64,000 nt of DNA, taken from Macrostomum lignano (Eukaryota). Below are positions 1 to 8,716 of this stretch, piece by piece. A program made the position numbers and the translations under genes. Where the stretch lies: the NCBI GenBank assembly GCA_002269645.1, contig NIVC01001541.1:124001-188000 (forward strand). The letters run 5' to 3'. Position 1 is the stretch's first letter. Each line of letters begins with the position of its first letter. Below the pieces are notes generated by a model, which saw only the letters and a program-made list of their open reading frames with translations, searched no databases and was not told the origin of the DNA.

Positions 1-701
1 TGTCGGAGTAACTCCTGAAGCACCTTCTGCTGGTTTTCTAGCGCCTCACCCTGTTTGCGGACCAATTCCTTCAAGCTATTCTCAGCTTCGTCTCCTCCAG
101 TTGCCTTACACTGCTGCGGGTCTCTACCTCGGCGAGACATAGCGTACGCCATTTCAATACGTCGCAAGACTCGACGTGTCTCTTGAAGCGAGTTTACCTG
201 AGCTAGCAGTAGCTTCTCTCTAGTCTCTGGGGCAACCCTAACACCTCTAATGAACTGTTCCACCACCTCTTTCTGTCTCTGATCGTTAGTTAGATGGGGA
301 AACGCCCTGCATGCTAGCTCTGTTAGCTTCTCAGCGTAGTCATCAGTGCTTTCAGTTTTGCACTGGAACCTACTACGGAACTCTTCCCTAGCTTCTTGAG
401 CACTACCTACATGCGTGAACCGCTCGATTAGCCTATCTTTAAAGTCTGCGTATGCTAGATTAGGATCTAAATTTAGCCTTGTCACGATAGCGAACGCTGA
501 CTGAACATCTAGGTTAGACAGTAGCTCATTCTTCCACTCAGCTGGGGGTATCTCATCTGCGATACACCTCTGCTCAAAAGCCTGAATCCACACGTCTATA
601 TCCTGATTAGGCGTGTACTTTTGGATCCTAATATGTTTCCTAATGTCTAGCCTGTCTCTAATGCCTTTAGCCAGTGCTTCTACTACGTCATTCGCTTCCA
701 T
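1..701 (-). CDS. Gag (capsid-like) ORF of a Ty3/Gypsy-type LTR retrotransposon, truncated by the window edge
   Basis: My manual translation from ATG 701 is open to position 1: MEANDVVEALAKGIRDRLDIRKHIRIQKYTPNQDIDVWIQAFEQRCIADEIP...RFTHVGSAQEAREEFRSRFQCKTESTDDYAEKLTELACRAFP...VEQFIRGV. This matches the retrotransposon-gag pattern (R.Q...ES..DY..RL..LA..AFP...F..G). PBS-like motifs and an LTR lie upstream. It is absent from the ORF track because it has no stop in the window. Confidence 0.8.
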   Translation of the reverse strand, partial: MEANDVVEALAKGIRDRLDIRKHIRIQKYTPNQDIDVWIQAFEQRCIADEIPPAEWKNELLSNLDVQSAFAIVTRLNLDPNLAYADFKDRLIERFTHVGSAQEAREEFRSRFQCKTESTDDYAEKLTELACRAFPHLTNDQRQKEVVEQFIRGVRVAPETREKLLLAQVNSLQETRRVLRRIEMAYAMSRRGRDPQQCKATGGDEAENSLKELVRKQGEALENQQKVLQELLR

Positions 702-1263
702 ATTAGTTTAATTTTAGGTTGGATTTTAGAATTAACGCTTCTGGTTTAATAATTTTGGTCAGTAAATTGGCAAGACTCCAAATTTAGCTGCTAAATTGCC
801 TAATGGTAAGACTTTAGTTAATAAAATAGCAGTGACTCTACTTTTATTACTTCCGCCTTACTTCTGGTCTTAATTGAGACCTTACTAATCTTCTAGCGAA
901 GAAACTAAGTTAGAATTCCTTTCAGGAGCGTTAATCCGTTCCTAATCCGATAATCCGTTAATCTGAGATTAGACAATCTTAGACCAACTGACTATGTACA
1001 TTAATTCCCTAATTTAGAACCTAATTAGTAATTTTGTGTTAGTTTTAGTTATAATTTCAGCACATAGGAGTTAATCCGTTAATCCCTTACTAATCCTAAG
1101 CTCCAGTCTAATGTATGCGCTTCTCGGGTATTCTAATCCTCTAAGCTGCCACCAATTGGACAAGTCGTGGTACCTGCGGTTTAGGCTACTGGTTTTCTAT
1201 TTGCTACTAAGGATTTTACTAGTGGATTATTGTCTGCTGCACTGATTTGAGATTTGGTAGTTT

Positions 1264-1274
1264 CGCTGCCACCA
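1264..1274 (-). promoter_or_regulatory. Primer-binding-site-like motif TGGTGGCAGCG (complementary to a tRNA-Leu 3' end)
   Basis: The plus strand reads cgctgccacca. Eukaryotic tRNA-Leu(AAG/UAG) ends ...CCGCUGCCA-CCA. Similar motifs occur at 1145-1154 and 1321-1332. Confidence 0.5.
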
Positions 1275-1551
1275 GGTTCCTGCTGTTCCCTAATTCTAGC
1301 TTTTAGGTTTAAAGAACTGAGCCAGGACACCAATTTAGACTTAGTTAACACAAAAAAATATTTAATAAAAGTAAATTACGGTACAAAAGTTAGTTTTGTT
1401 TTACATTAACTCCTTATTCCCGCTATAGTGCTTTGGGCAAGACTCCCAGTATTTTAGAGGCAAGACTCCTCTGTGCAAGCCTAACCCTTATATTTCCCTT
1501 TCTTACCACTTCTTCGCGAACTCTCTAAGTTAAACAGGAGAAGACACTCCA

Positions 1552-1574
1552 ACGAAAGGCTTTCTTTCCCAAGA
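1552..1574. repeat. Left target-site duplication of the LINE (acgaaaggctttctttcccaaga)
   Basis: An identical 23-mer occurs at 8694-8716. The flanking bases differ on both sides. Confidence 0.9.
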
Positions 1575-1607
1575 TTTCATTTTTCATTTTATAAGTACGA
1601 GCGCTTC

Positions 1608-1624
1608 AGCCCCTATCCGGGGCT
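1608..1624 (-). other. 3'-terminal stem-loop AGCCCC-GGATA-GGGGCT (LINE 3' recognition element)
   Basis: A perfect 6-bp stem with a GGAUA loop lies about 20 nt from the A/TGAAA tail. The same loop sequence is described for the eel UnaL2 3' tail. Confidence 0.75.
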
Positions 1625-2458
1625 CTTACGCTACTAATTATATTTAGTTTTCCGAATTGGTGTAAAATTAGTTCGATATTTGTGAAAAGATCTATAAAAC
1701 AGTAAAACAAATTTCATGTGGTGACTATAAAAATATTTGGTGCACTATAAAAATATTTGGTGCAGAAAATCAATTAAATATAAAACAATTGGTGCAATAA
1801 AACAAATAAAACTGCATTAATAATGAATATTTTGTGTAATAAGTTGACTAAGTATAAGTGGAACAATAAAAGAAGATATTTTTCAGTTAATATAGTTTAA
1901 ATAGCAGTTTAATAGAGGGTGTTAATAATAATAAAACAAATAAATACCATTTAAATAAATCACAAAGGTATTAGGGTCTGTTTGGACTTGTCTTTTTACA
2001 GAATTTGTAATTTATCTGCGGATAAATCAAAAAGGGGACAACCATGTTCTAAAAATACTACCACCAAAAAAAAAGTGCTGACCCTACGAAAACGAAGTTT
2101 TCGCAAAGGGGGAACCAGATTTTTGAAACTATAAATACCGTTCCTGATCCTACAGGGGCAAGCATAGCTTACTCAGACGAAGTTAAGGGCCTCATGGTCC
2201 ATCTGGTTTGGGGTTCCAGATTTAAAACGTCCCCCGGCCTGAGTGAGCTGCAGTGCAGACTAAATGAACTAAACTAAGTGCGGACAAAGCAGCCTCGTGT
2301 CCCTACGGGGAATAAGCTCGGGCAGCCGTTCCGTCATACGGCAAAATTTTTTTCTTTTTGTGACAGACTGTCCAATCAGACTCAAACAGTAATTACAGCA
2401 TGATTTCAACCGTGAGAGGATCTCACCAAGGAACGGCTCGAGGTGAGTTTATTAAATT

Positions 2459-5311
2459 TTATTGATTAATGGCTTTCCTAAATTTAGTAGTGACTGGTTC
2501 TTTAAACCCTGGTCTGCACCATAATTTTTTATCAGAGTGAAAGTCATGCACTTCTGTAAGCAGAACTTTTTTGTACCACCTAAGGCCTAGGTTCCATATC
2601 CTATCCCTAAGCCTAGGCATCTTGGTAGTTTCATGTAGGTAACTAATTTTTGTGTATCTAGGGGCACCAAGCACAATTCTCAGTGCCTGATTTTGAAGCC
2701 GCTGTAGTTTCTGCATGAGGGCATCAGAGGTGTTGATCAGTATTGGAGCACCATAGGTCATGCCGCTTTCAATGTAGGACCTATAAAGAAGTCGCAGAGC
2801 AAGTTGGGAGATTCTCGTATTGCGAGCTAGCCTTCGCAAAGCTTCGAGTCTGGCGATGGATATGCCAGCAGCCTTTGAGATATGATGACTATAGTTGAGA
2901 TCCTTGTCAAGAGCGATGCCAAGGAAAGTGACAGAATCATGATAAGGAATCAAATCCTGTCCAAGTTTAAGCGGAGGTTTGGCAGGGCCAGTGGAGAAAT
3001 TACTCTTGAACCTGAAGAAGGCCATCGCCTTGCTTTTAGTTGGATTGATGGAAATTCCAATATCGTCTAGCCATTTCTTAAGCACAACAAGATAGCTGTT
3101 CAACTTCTTAGCCACAATCGCAGACGTTCTGGCGCTCGCCCAAACAGCCAGGTCGTCCGCAAACTGGCTTTTCTTAACCTTGATATCACGCGATTCAGGG
3201 ATCGTACTGACGTAGATGATGAAGAGCAGCGGTGAGAGGACTCCACCCTGAGGAACGCCTGCAGCAGGCTTGAAACCTTCGCTGATCGCCCCTCCAGCCT
3301 GGATGGAGATTTCCCTATCTTCAAGATAGCTGGACAAGGTCCTAATCATGTTGTGTGGCAGGTCACTCTCCAGGAGACGATACCTAAGATAGCTGTGCCA
3401 AACACCGTCGAAGGCACCCTTGACGTCGAAGAAGACACCAAGTGACACATGTCTCCATTGCTTCATTTTTAGTATATCGTCTGTGAGTCGCACAATGTTG
3501 TCAAACGTACAGTGATCTTGTCTGTACGCACATTGGTCTTCATTAATAATACCCTTGTTTTCTAAGATAATTCTAAGATTCCTAGCAATAATCTTTTCGT
3601 AGAGTTTACCCAAGCAAGAGGTTAAGCTAATTGGTCTGTAGTTGTTGATTTCATTTCTAGATTTTTTAGGTTTAGGGATCATTTTGATTGTTGCCCGCTT
3701 CCAGGCTTTGGGAAAATAGCCCAGAAGAAAGCTTGAATTGAAAATTTTTGCAATGGATCTAACAGAGTCCGGGCTAAGCCCCCGTTTGAGGACGATATTT
3801 GGGATCTGGTCAGGGCCGGGAGCTCCCCCAGATCTGAGGTTTTTAGTTTCCGTGAGGACATCAATATCTAGTATGTTGAGGATATCAGATTCTAAATCTT
3901 CCTTATCAGGATCATCAGGGTCAGCCCTGTCCCTATGGTAGGTCAGAGCTCTGACCATGCAGTCATGGGGCCGGAAATTCTCATGATTTTCCTTTAAAAC
4001 AACCTTTTTGTAGAGAAGGGAATTGATGTCCGGGTGAGGTTGCATTTGGTCCTCAAGAAAATCTTGAAACAGGTTTGCAGTTTCTTGCTCAGTTTCAGCA
4101 GTCTTCCCATTGTAGCTAAGGGTAGGAAAAGAGACTGGTTTGATGGATTGACCGGTCATTTTTTTGATATCAATCCAGAATTGACGCGGTTCCTTCCTAT
4201 AGCTAGTTTTAGCAATTTTCTGACACAAGTTCTCAAATTTTCTATACCTGTGCATTCTAATAGCATTTCTTATTTCTTTAGCAGCTTGGTTTGCCTGAAC
4301 TCTAAAAGCGTCAATTCTGGTTTTTTTGAAAAGTTTTCGAAGCTTTCTTCTGTTCTTGATTTTTTCAACGATGTCTGGAGGAAGCTGTTCTCTCGGATCT
4401 CTGTCTGGGACCACTTCTTCAATAGTTTCATGTATTTTTTCCGTGAGCTTGTCAACCGCGTTGTCTAGATCTTCGGGAGTAGAGATTCGGGAACGAATCA
4501 TACTGCAGTTTTCTAATTTATCTTGCAGAGCATACTTAAATGCCTCCCAGTCAGTATGCCAAAAACTCTTACGAGGCCTGGGTTTAATTTTAGAGCCGGG
4601 GTCGATAAAGATCCTAATGATAATAGGGAGGTGGTCACTGTCAAGGTCATCGCCCACAAGGACGTCGCTGACAGAGTTAATAAAGTCAGGAGAGCAAATG
4701 CCTAGATCCAGGACATTCCCAACCGTGTTGCCCCCTCTATTATAAATTCGGGTGCAATCACCAAAGGTGTTAAGAATATATGGGGGGTTTGGGTGATTGT
4801 CAAGCCAATCATACAGTTGTTTGCCAGGGTAGTTATCAACACTGTCACCGCCCAGCATAGCGTGTCTACAGTTGAGATCTCCAATGATTAGAGATCTGGG
4901 TTGGGAGAGCAACTGCTCAAGCAGAGTAATGCTAATGTTGTCAGGGTTGGGAGCTCTGTAGAGGAGGGAGATCCTAAAAGTGCTGCATGGATTATAGTTA
5001 GGAGTGACATCGAGGCTGACAAGCTCATGGTGGGAATTGTCATAATATTTATGAACATTTGATATTTTTAGGGTATTTTTATAGGCAATAGCCAGTCCCC
5101 TTCTACAGTCAGGAATGTCAAACCTGATAATGGCATATCCTTGTACGTAGAACTTATCATTATTTTTAAGATCAGTTTCTGAGAATAGACCAATGTCAAT
5201 ATCAACACTGTGCAACCACATTATAATCTCATGCATTTTATTGCTAAGTTTGTTACAGTTCAGGTGTCCTATATTTAGAGTGCTATTAGGAGAATTAATA
5301 TCGAAAGCCAT
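2459..5311 (-). CDS. LINE ORF2: AP-endonuclease + reverse transcriptase, no RNase H (950 aa)
   Basis: APE motifs: HLNCN, FSETD, IIGDLNCRH, LDL, SDHLP. RT motifs: GAPGPDQIP, YRPISLTSCLGKLYEKII, DVKGAFD, GVPQGGVLSPLLF, QFADD. Confidence 0.97.
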   Translation of the reverse strand: MAFDINSPNSTLNIGHLNCNKLSNKMHEIIMWLHSVDIDIGLFSETDLKNNDKFYVQGYAIIRFDIPDCRRGLAIAYKNTLKISNVHKYYDNSHHELVSLDVTPNYNPCSTFRISLLYRAPNPDNISITLLEQLLSQPRSLIIGDLNCRHAMLGGDSVDNYPGKQLYDWLDNHPNPPYILNTFGDCTRIYNRGGNTVGNVLDLGICSPDFINSVSDVLVGDDLDSDHLPIIIRIFIDPGSKIKPRPRKSFWHTDWEAFKYALQDKLENCSMIRSRISTPEDLDNAVDKLTEKIHETIEEVVPDRDPREQLPPDIVEKIKNRRKLRKLFKKTRIDAFRVQANQAAKEIRNAIRMHRYRKFENLCQKIAKTSYRKEPRQFWIDIKKMTGQSIKPVSFPTLSYNGKTAETEQETANLFQDFLEDQMQPHPDINSLLYKKVVLKENHENFRPHDCMVRALTYHRDRADPDDPDKEDLESDILNILDIDVLTETKNLRSGGAPGPDQIPNIVLKRGLSPDSVRSIAKIFNSSFLLGYFPKAWKRATIKMIPKPKKSRNEINNYRPISLTSCLGKLYEKIIARNLRIILENKGIINEDQCAYRQDHCTFDNIVRLTDDILKMKQWRHVSLGVFFDVKGAFDGVWHSYLRYRLLESDLPHNMIRTLSSYLEDREISIQAGGAISEGFKPAAGVPQGGVLSPLLFIIYVSTIPESRDIKVKKSQFADDLAVWASARTSAIVAKKLNSYLVVLKKWLDDIGISINPTKSKAMAFFRFKSNFSTGPAKPPLKLGQDLIPYHDSVTFLGIALDKDLNYSHHISKAAGISIARLEALRRLARNTRISQLALRLLYRSYIESGMTYGAPILINTSDALMQKLQRLQNQALRIVLGAPRYTKISYLHETTKMPRLRDRIWNLGLRWYKKVLLTEVHDFHSDKKLWCRPGFKEPVTTKFRKAINQ

Positions 5312-5337
5312 TATGATGTAATATATTTTTTTCCTCT

Positions 5338-8154
5338 TCAGAGCTCAGATCTGCCTCCGCTCACCGAAGTGGCTTTGGCTTCACCTGCCCTGACAGCAGG
5401 CACTCTTCTCGGATTCATGAAGGTCGTCAGGACTTCCGTCACTACCCGAATAGCAAGCTGGCTTGCTTCCCAGGCAGTGAGCAGACGCCCCGGCTCGATC
5501 TCCATGATCCGGTTGAGTGCCCCGAGAACTACCTCGAGCACGTCCCCTTGAGTGAAGCCCCTCTCACCGTTTTCAGCAGAAGAGGTGGCGGCAATGTCAG
5601 TGTTGGTCATAGCAGGCATCTTGGTCTTGGTGGCTGCCTCGTCAAGCGGCGCTGTTGATTGGGCAGCGGCGGCAGCGGCGGCAGTGATTGGCAGTGCTGG
5701 TTGGACAGGAGCGGCAGCAACAGCTGTAGGCGGCATTGCTGATTGGACAGTGGCAGCAGCGGCAGCAGCATCGGACGCTTTGGAGGCTTTATTCTTGTAC
5801 GCAATTGGCCCTAATGTAGGCACCTGACTAACAGCCTCCGCATATGATGCGGGGCCAGGCAAGCCAAAAGTCTCTACTAATGATTGGGTAGGTTCTAAGT
5901 ATCTAGACTGAGCTAATTTAAGTTTTAGTGTTTGTACCCTGTGGTGTTCATTTTCGGTTGCCCTTTCATTAGCATGTTGTACCACTTGACATTTGAATGA
6001 GTAGGCCGGGTGTTCACCACCACAGTTTGCACACCTGAAGCCAGTGTCTTTTGGGCAATCACCGGAAAAGTGCGCCCCGGCACATTTGTTGCAGACGAAG
6101 CCGGCGTTGCACCTGCTCTCGGAGTGACCGAGCCCTTGGCACCTTTGGCACTGGATTTCCTTGACCGGTGGAAGGTTGTGCGATTCTTCGCACCGGAATT
6201 TTAATGCCCCCAGCCTAATGCCATTTTCCAGGCATGTATCGTATGTAGCTCTAGATTTAGTAAACATGCGAATTAAATGTGTTGGTTGTCCTGAGGCTTT
6301 GGAGATGATACGTGTTGCTCCGTCGAATTGTAGGTGTGCTTGATTTTCGTCTAAGTATTCGAGAAGTTCCTCAGCTTCCACGGCTAGAGGAACGCCTTTT
6401 ACGATGAACGAGCGGACCTGTGGCGACTTAAGAGGCTTCCGCAGCCGATCGTCACCTTGATGAAGTGGCCTGTTAGACGGCAGACGCCTAGTGACCGTGT
6501 GCCCATTAATTTCATTAGTTTTTAATGTAGTAGTTAATAAGTTATTCATGTCACTAGGTGAATTTGTAAATACGAGGTATCCAGAGCTATGGTACAGCTC
6601 TTTAACAGACATGATGCGAATATTTGGAAAATTAGTTTTCAAAAAGCTTTCAAACTTAATTGGGTTTTTTGCCTCAACAGGCATTTCAAAAACAACAGGC
6701 GAGATTTTCGTTAGTTTAGACTGCTGATTGCGTGCGCTTGATTGCTGAGCCTGGGCAGATTGCTGGCTGGCTTGATCTGGTTGCTGTGTGTGGGTGCCTG
6801 ATTGCTGTGAGTGAGTGCTTGATTGCTGTGATTGAGTGTTTGCTTGCTGGTTAGTGGCTTGCAGCAGACTGTAGCTATTCGGCTTTTGTGTGTGAGTGTC
6901 AGACGATTGATGCTTTGGCTTAGTGCTTGGCTGCTGAGTGGCTGAGTGTGCTTGCTGAGTGTTTGTGTGTTGCTGAGTGTCGTTAGTTTGCTTGTTGCTA
7001 GACAGAGTGGCTGGTTGCTGAGGCTTGGCTGAGTCAGATCGCTGAGTGCTCTGCTTGTTGTTTTCTTGAGCATCCAGTTTGGTAATTTGAGTGGCTTGTT
7101 CTGATGATTGAGTGATTGGCTGCTGACTGCTAGGTTTGCGCCCCGTGCTACTGTTTGAACGCGATCTAATTCGTCTCAAATTTTCCGCTTCCAGCTCTGC
7201 CCGTCGGCGAACCGAGTCTTCATCATCTAGATCGCAAGTGATGCTGCTGTCGACTGGTAGCACACAAGGATTGGCCTGGTCAGAGACAGGAAGATCTTCC
7301 GGGATCCTACCATCGCGCGTAAGTCTGAACGTGAGGTTGACCCTGAGGTCTTTGACCTTGGGGTCTTTGAGGACCGCGTGTTGAAAGTGCGATTGTGTTG
7401 CCCCGCTCATTATCAGCAGCGAGCCACTGGCGAGTCTTTGTGACCATGCAATGTTTGTTGAGCCTTTGGGGCGCATGTGAAAGTCGCGCGCTGCGCCAAT
7501 CGAGATGGATGCGATAGTCGGATTAGGCCCTAACTCTACCTCGTCATCAGAGTGCCAGGGGATGTTGATCGATCCGTCTTTGTAGAAATTAATCAAACAT
7601 GAGTTGAAGACGGGCAACTGGTACTCAACACTGAGCCAGGTGGCTAAGCTAGTGACAAGGGGATGCCAGTTGTCGTTGGCACTAATTTTAGTACCACCAT
7701 AGGTGTACTCTGGTCCAAACCAAACGATTTTCCGGGCTTCCGGTCTACCGTTGGTGTGGTGGTGAAAGGCTTTCGCCTGAATTTCGTCAACGAGAATTTT
7801 CAAAATTTGATTGTCGCATTTTGTTAGAGCCGATGAATGGTAGCTAATATTGCAATTATTTGATAGATTGTATGATTTGCTGTCTGATTTGTCTGGTTTT
7901 GGTAGTCTAATGATTGTTGTCACACCTTCAGATTTCCTGATTTCTAGACTGCCCCTTTTAGATGGAGGCCGCTCACCCTTTGAGGTACCAGGTGGTGTTT
8001 CTGGCAGTGGCGCGTTTGACGGAGACAGCATGGTTTGTTGTTCGGATCTGCGGACAGGGCCGGCAGAATCTCGGTTGTTCACCTTCTTGGTCGACACCGT
8101 CGGCGGTGAGTCTGTGTCTCGTGAACACCGTTTGCTATTGATTTCGACTTCCAT
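5338..8154 (-). CDS. LINE ORF1 (938 aa): AlkB dioxygenase - Q/S/T-rich linker - RRM-like region - three CCHC knuckles - Ala-rich tail
   Basis: Knuckles CQRCQGLGHSESRC, CNKCAGAHFSGDC and CANCGGEHPAYSFKC lie at 5989-6150, as in Jockey/I-group ORF1. FIVKGVP..EELLEYL precedes them. The AlkB domain is at about aa 103-277. Confidence 0.93.
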   Translation of the reverse strand: MEVEINSKRCSRDTDSPPTVSTKKVNNRDSAGPVRRSEQQTMLSPSNAPLPETPPGTSKGERPPSKRGSLEIRKSEGVTTIIRLPKPDKSDSKSYNLSNNCNISYHSSALTKCDNQILKILVDEIQAKAFHHHTNGRPEARKIVWFGPEYTYGGTKISANDNWHPLVTSLATWLSVEYQLPVFNSCLINFYKDGSINIPWHSDDEVELGPNPTIASISIGAARDFHMRPKGSTNIAWSQRLASGSLLIMSGATQSHFQHAVLKDPKVKDLRVNLTFRLTRDGRIPEDLPVSDQANPCVLPVDSSITCDLDDEDSVRRRAELEAENLRRIRSRSNSSTGRKPSSQQPITQSSEQATQITKLDAQENNKQSTQRSDSAKPQQPATLSSNKQTNDTQQHTNTQQAHSATQQPSTKPKHQSSDTHTQKPNSYSLLQATNQQANTQSQQSSTHSQQSGTHTQQPDQASQQSAQAQQSSARNQQSKLTKISPVVFEMPVEAKNPIKFESFLKTNFPNIRIMSVKELYHSSGYLVFTNSPSDMNNLLTTTLKTNEINGHTVTRRLPSNRPLHQGDDRLRKPLKSPQVRSFIVKGVPLAVEAEELLEYLDENQAHLQFDGATRIISKASGQPTHLIRMFTKSRATYDTCLENGIRLGALKFRCEESHNLPPVKEIQCQRCQGLGHSESRCNAGFVCNKCAGAHFSGDCPKDTGFRCANCGGEHPAYSFKCQVVQHANERATENEHHRVQTLKLKLAQSRYLEPTQSLVETFGLPGPASYAEAVSQVPTLGPIAYKNKASKASDAAAAAATVQSAMPPTAVAAAPVQPALPITAAAAAAAQSTAPLDEAATKTKMPAMTNTDIAATSSAENGERGFTQGDVLEVVLGALNRIMEIEPGRLLTAWEASQLAIRVVTEVLTTFMNPRRVPAVRAGEAKATSVSGGRSEL
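7324..7848 (-). other. AlkB-family 2OG-Fe(II) dioxygenase domain (ALKBH2/3-like) within ORF1
   Basis: NSCLINFYKDG..IPWHSDDEVELG.NPTIASISIGAARDF..GSLLIMSGATQSHFQHAV..RVNLTFR contains N-x-Y, H201-x-D203, H259 and R271-x5-R277. It closely parallels human ALKBH3 (WHSDDEPSLG..IIASLSFGATR..GTLLIMEGATQ..WQH..RVNLTFR). Confidence 0.93.
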
Positions 8155-8678
8155 AGGCCTTTAAAACCGTGGCCAAGATACAAGATAAGTCCTTAAAACT
8201 TAAAACTTAAAACTTAAAACTATATAAAAATAAAACTCAAACTCAAATAATGCTACTATAAGTAGGCCTAAGTCGGCTAAATACAAAAAAAGGGTCCTTA
8301 TTCTACCACGTCACTAAAACCCTTATCAACAACTGCCTGGCGCCTCGCTGCAGAAGTCGCGCGCCGCCGGTTGCAGACCGCAGAGCGAAGCCTGGCGCCG
8401 CCTGAAGCCGCAGCTGAGCCACCGAGCCGCCGCCGCCGCTGAACCGCCGAGCCGCCTGGCCGAGCCGAGCCGCCGAGCCGCCGGAGACGTCGAAGCAGCC
8501 GGAGTCGCAGAAGCAGCCGAAGTCGCTGAAGCAGCCGAAGTCGTCGCAGAGAGCCAGAAGCTGATGCCAACGCCAGGTGAGTCGTCACCACAGATGCTAA
8601 AGCCCTCTATAGTCAGGAACCACCCGTAGGCCTACACTGTAGATACCTGTAGTGGTTCAAAAACTATAGAGTTTATTA

Positions 8679-8692
8679 GTTACCATGGCAAC
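8679..8692. promoter_or_regulatory. RFX X-box GTTACCATGGCAAC at the 5' tip of the LINE
   Basis: A near-palindromic, full match to the X-box consensus GTHNYY-AT-RRNAAC, 1 nt inside the TSD. Function is inferred. Confidence 0.55.
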
Positions 8693-8693
8693 G

Positions 8694-8716
8694 ACGAAAG
8701 GCTTTCTTTCCCAAGA
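8694..8716. repeat. Right target-site duplication of the LINE
   Basis: Identical to 1552-1574. Confidence 0.9.

Larger units (their letters stand above)
1575..8693 (-). mobile_element. Full-length, apparently intact non-LTR retrotransposon (APE-RT LINE) with an AlkB-containing ORF1
   Basis: Two uninterrupted ORFs (938 aa and 950 aa) lie 26 nt apart. The element has a 23-bp TSD, a 3' tail AAAATGAAAAATGAAA and a 3' stem-loop. The 5' UTR is about 540 nt and the 3' UTR about 880 nt. Confidence 0.95.

Noticed and set aside
2281-2345. HDV-like, hammerhead or twister ribozyme in the LINE UTRs
   Set aside because: A TCCCCGT loop-like motif exists on the minus strand but the flanking P3 does not pair. 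By eye I found no CUGANGA..GAAA core and no twister core. It is left only as an unassigned structured region.
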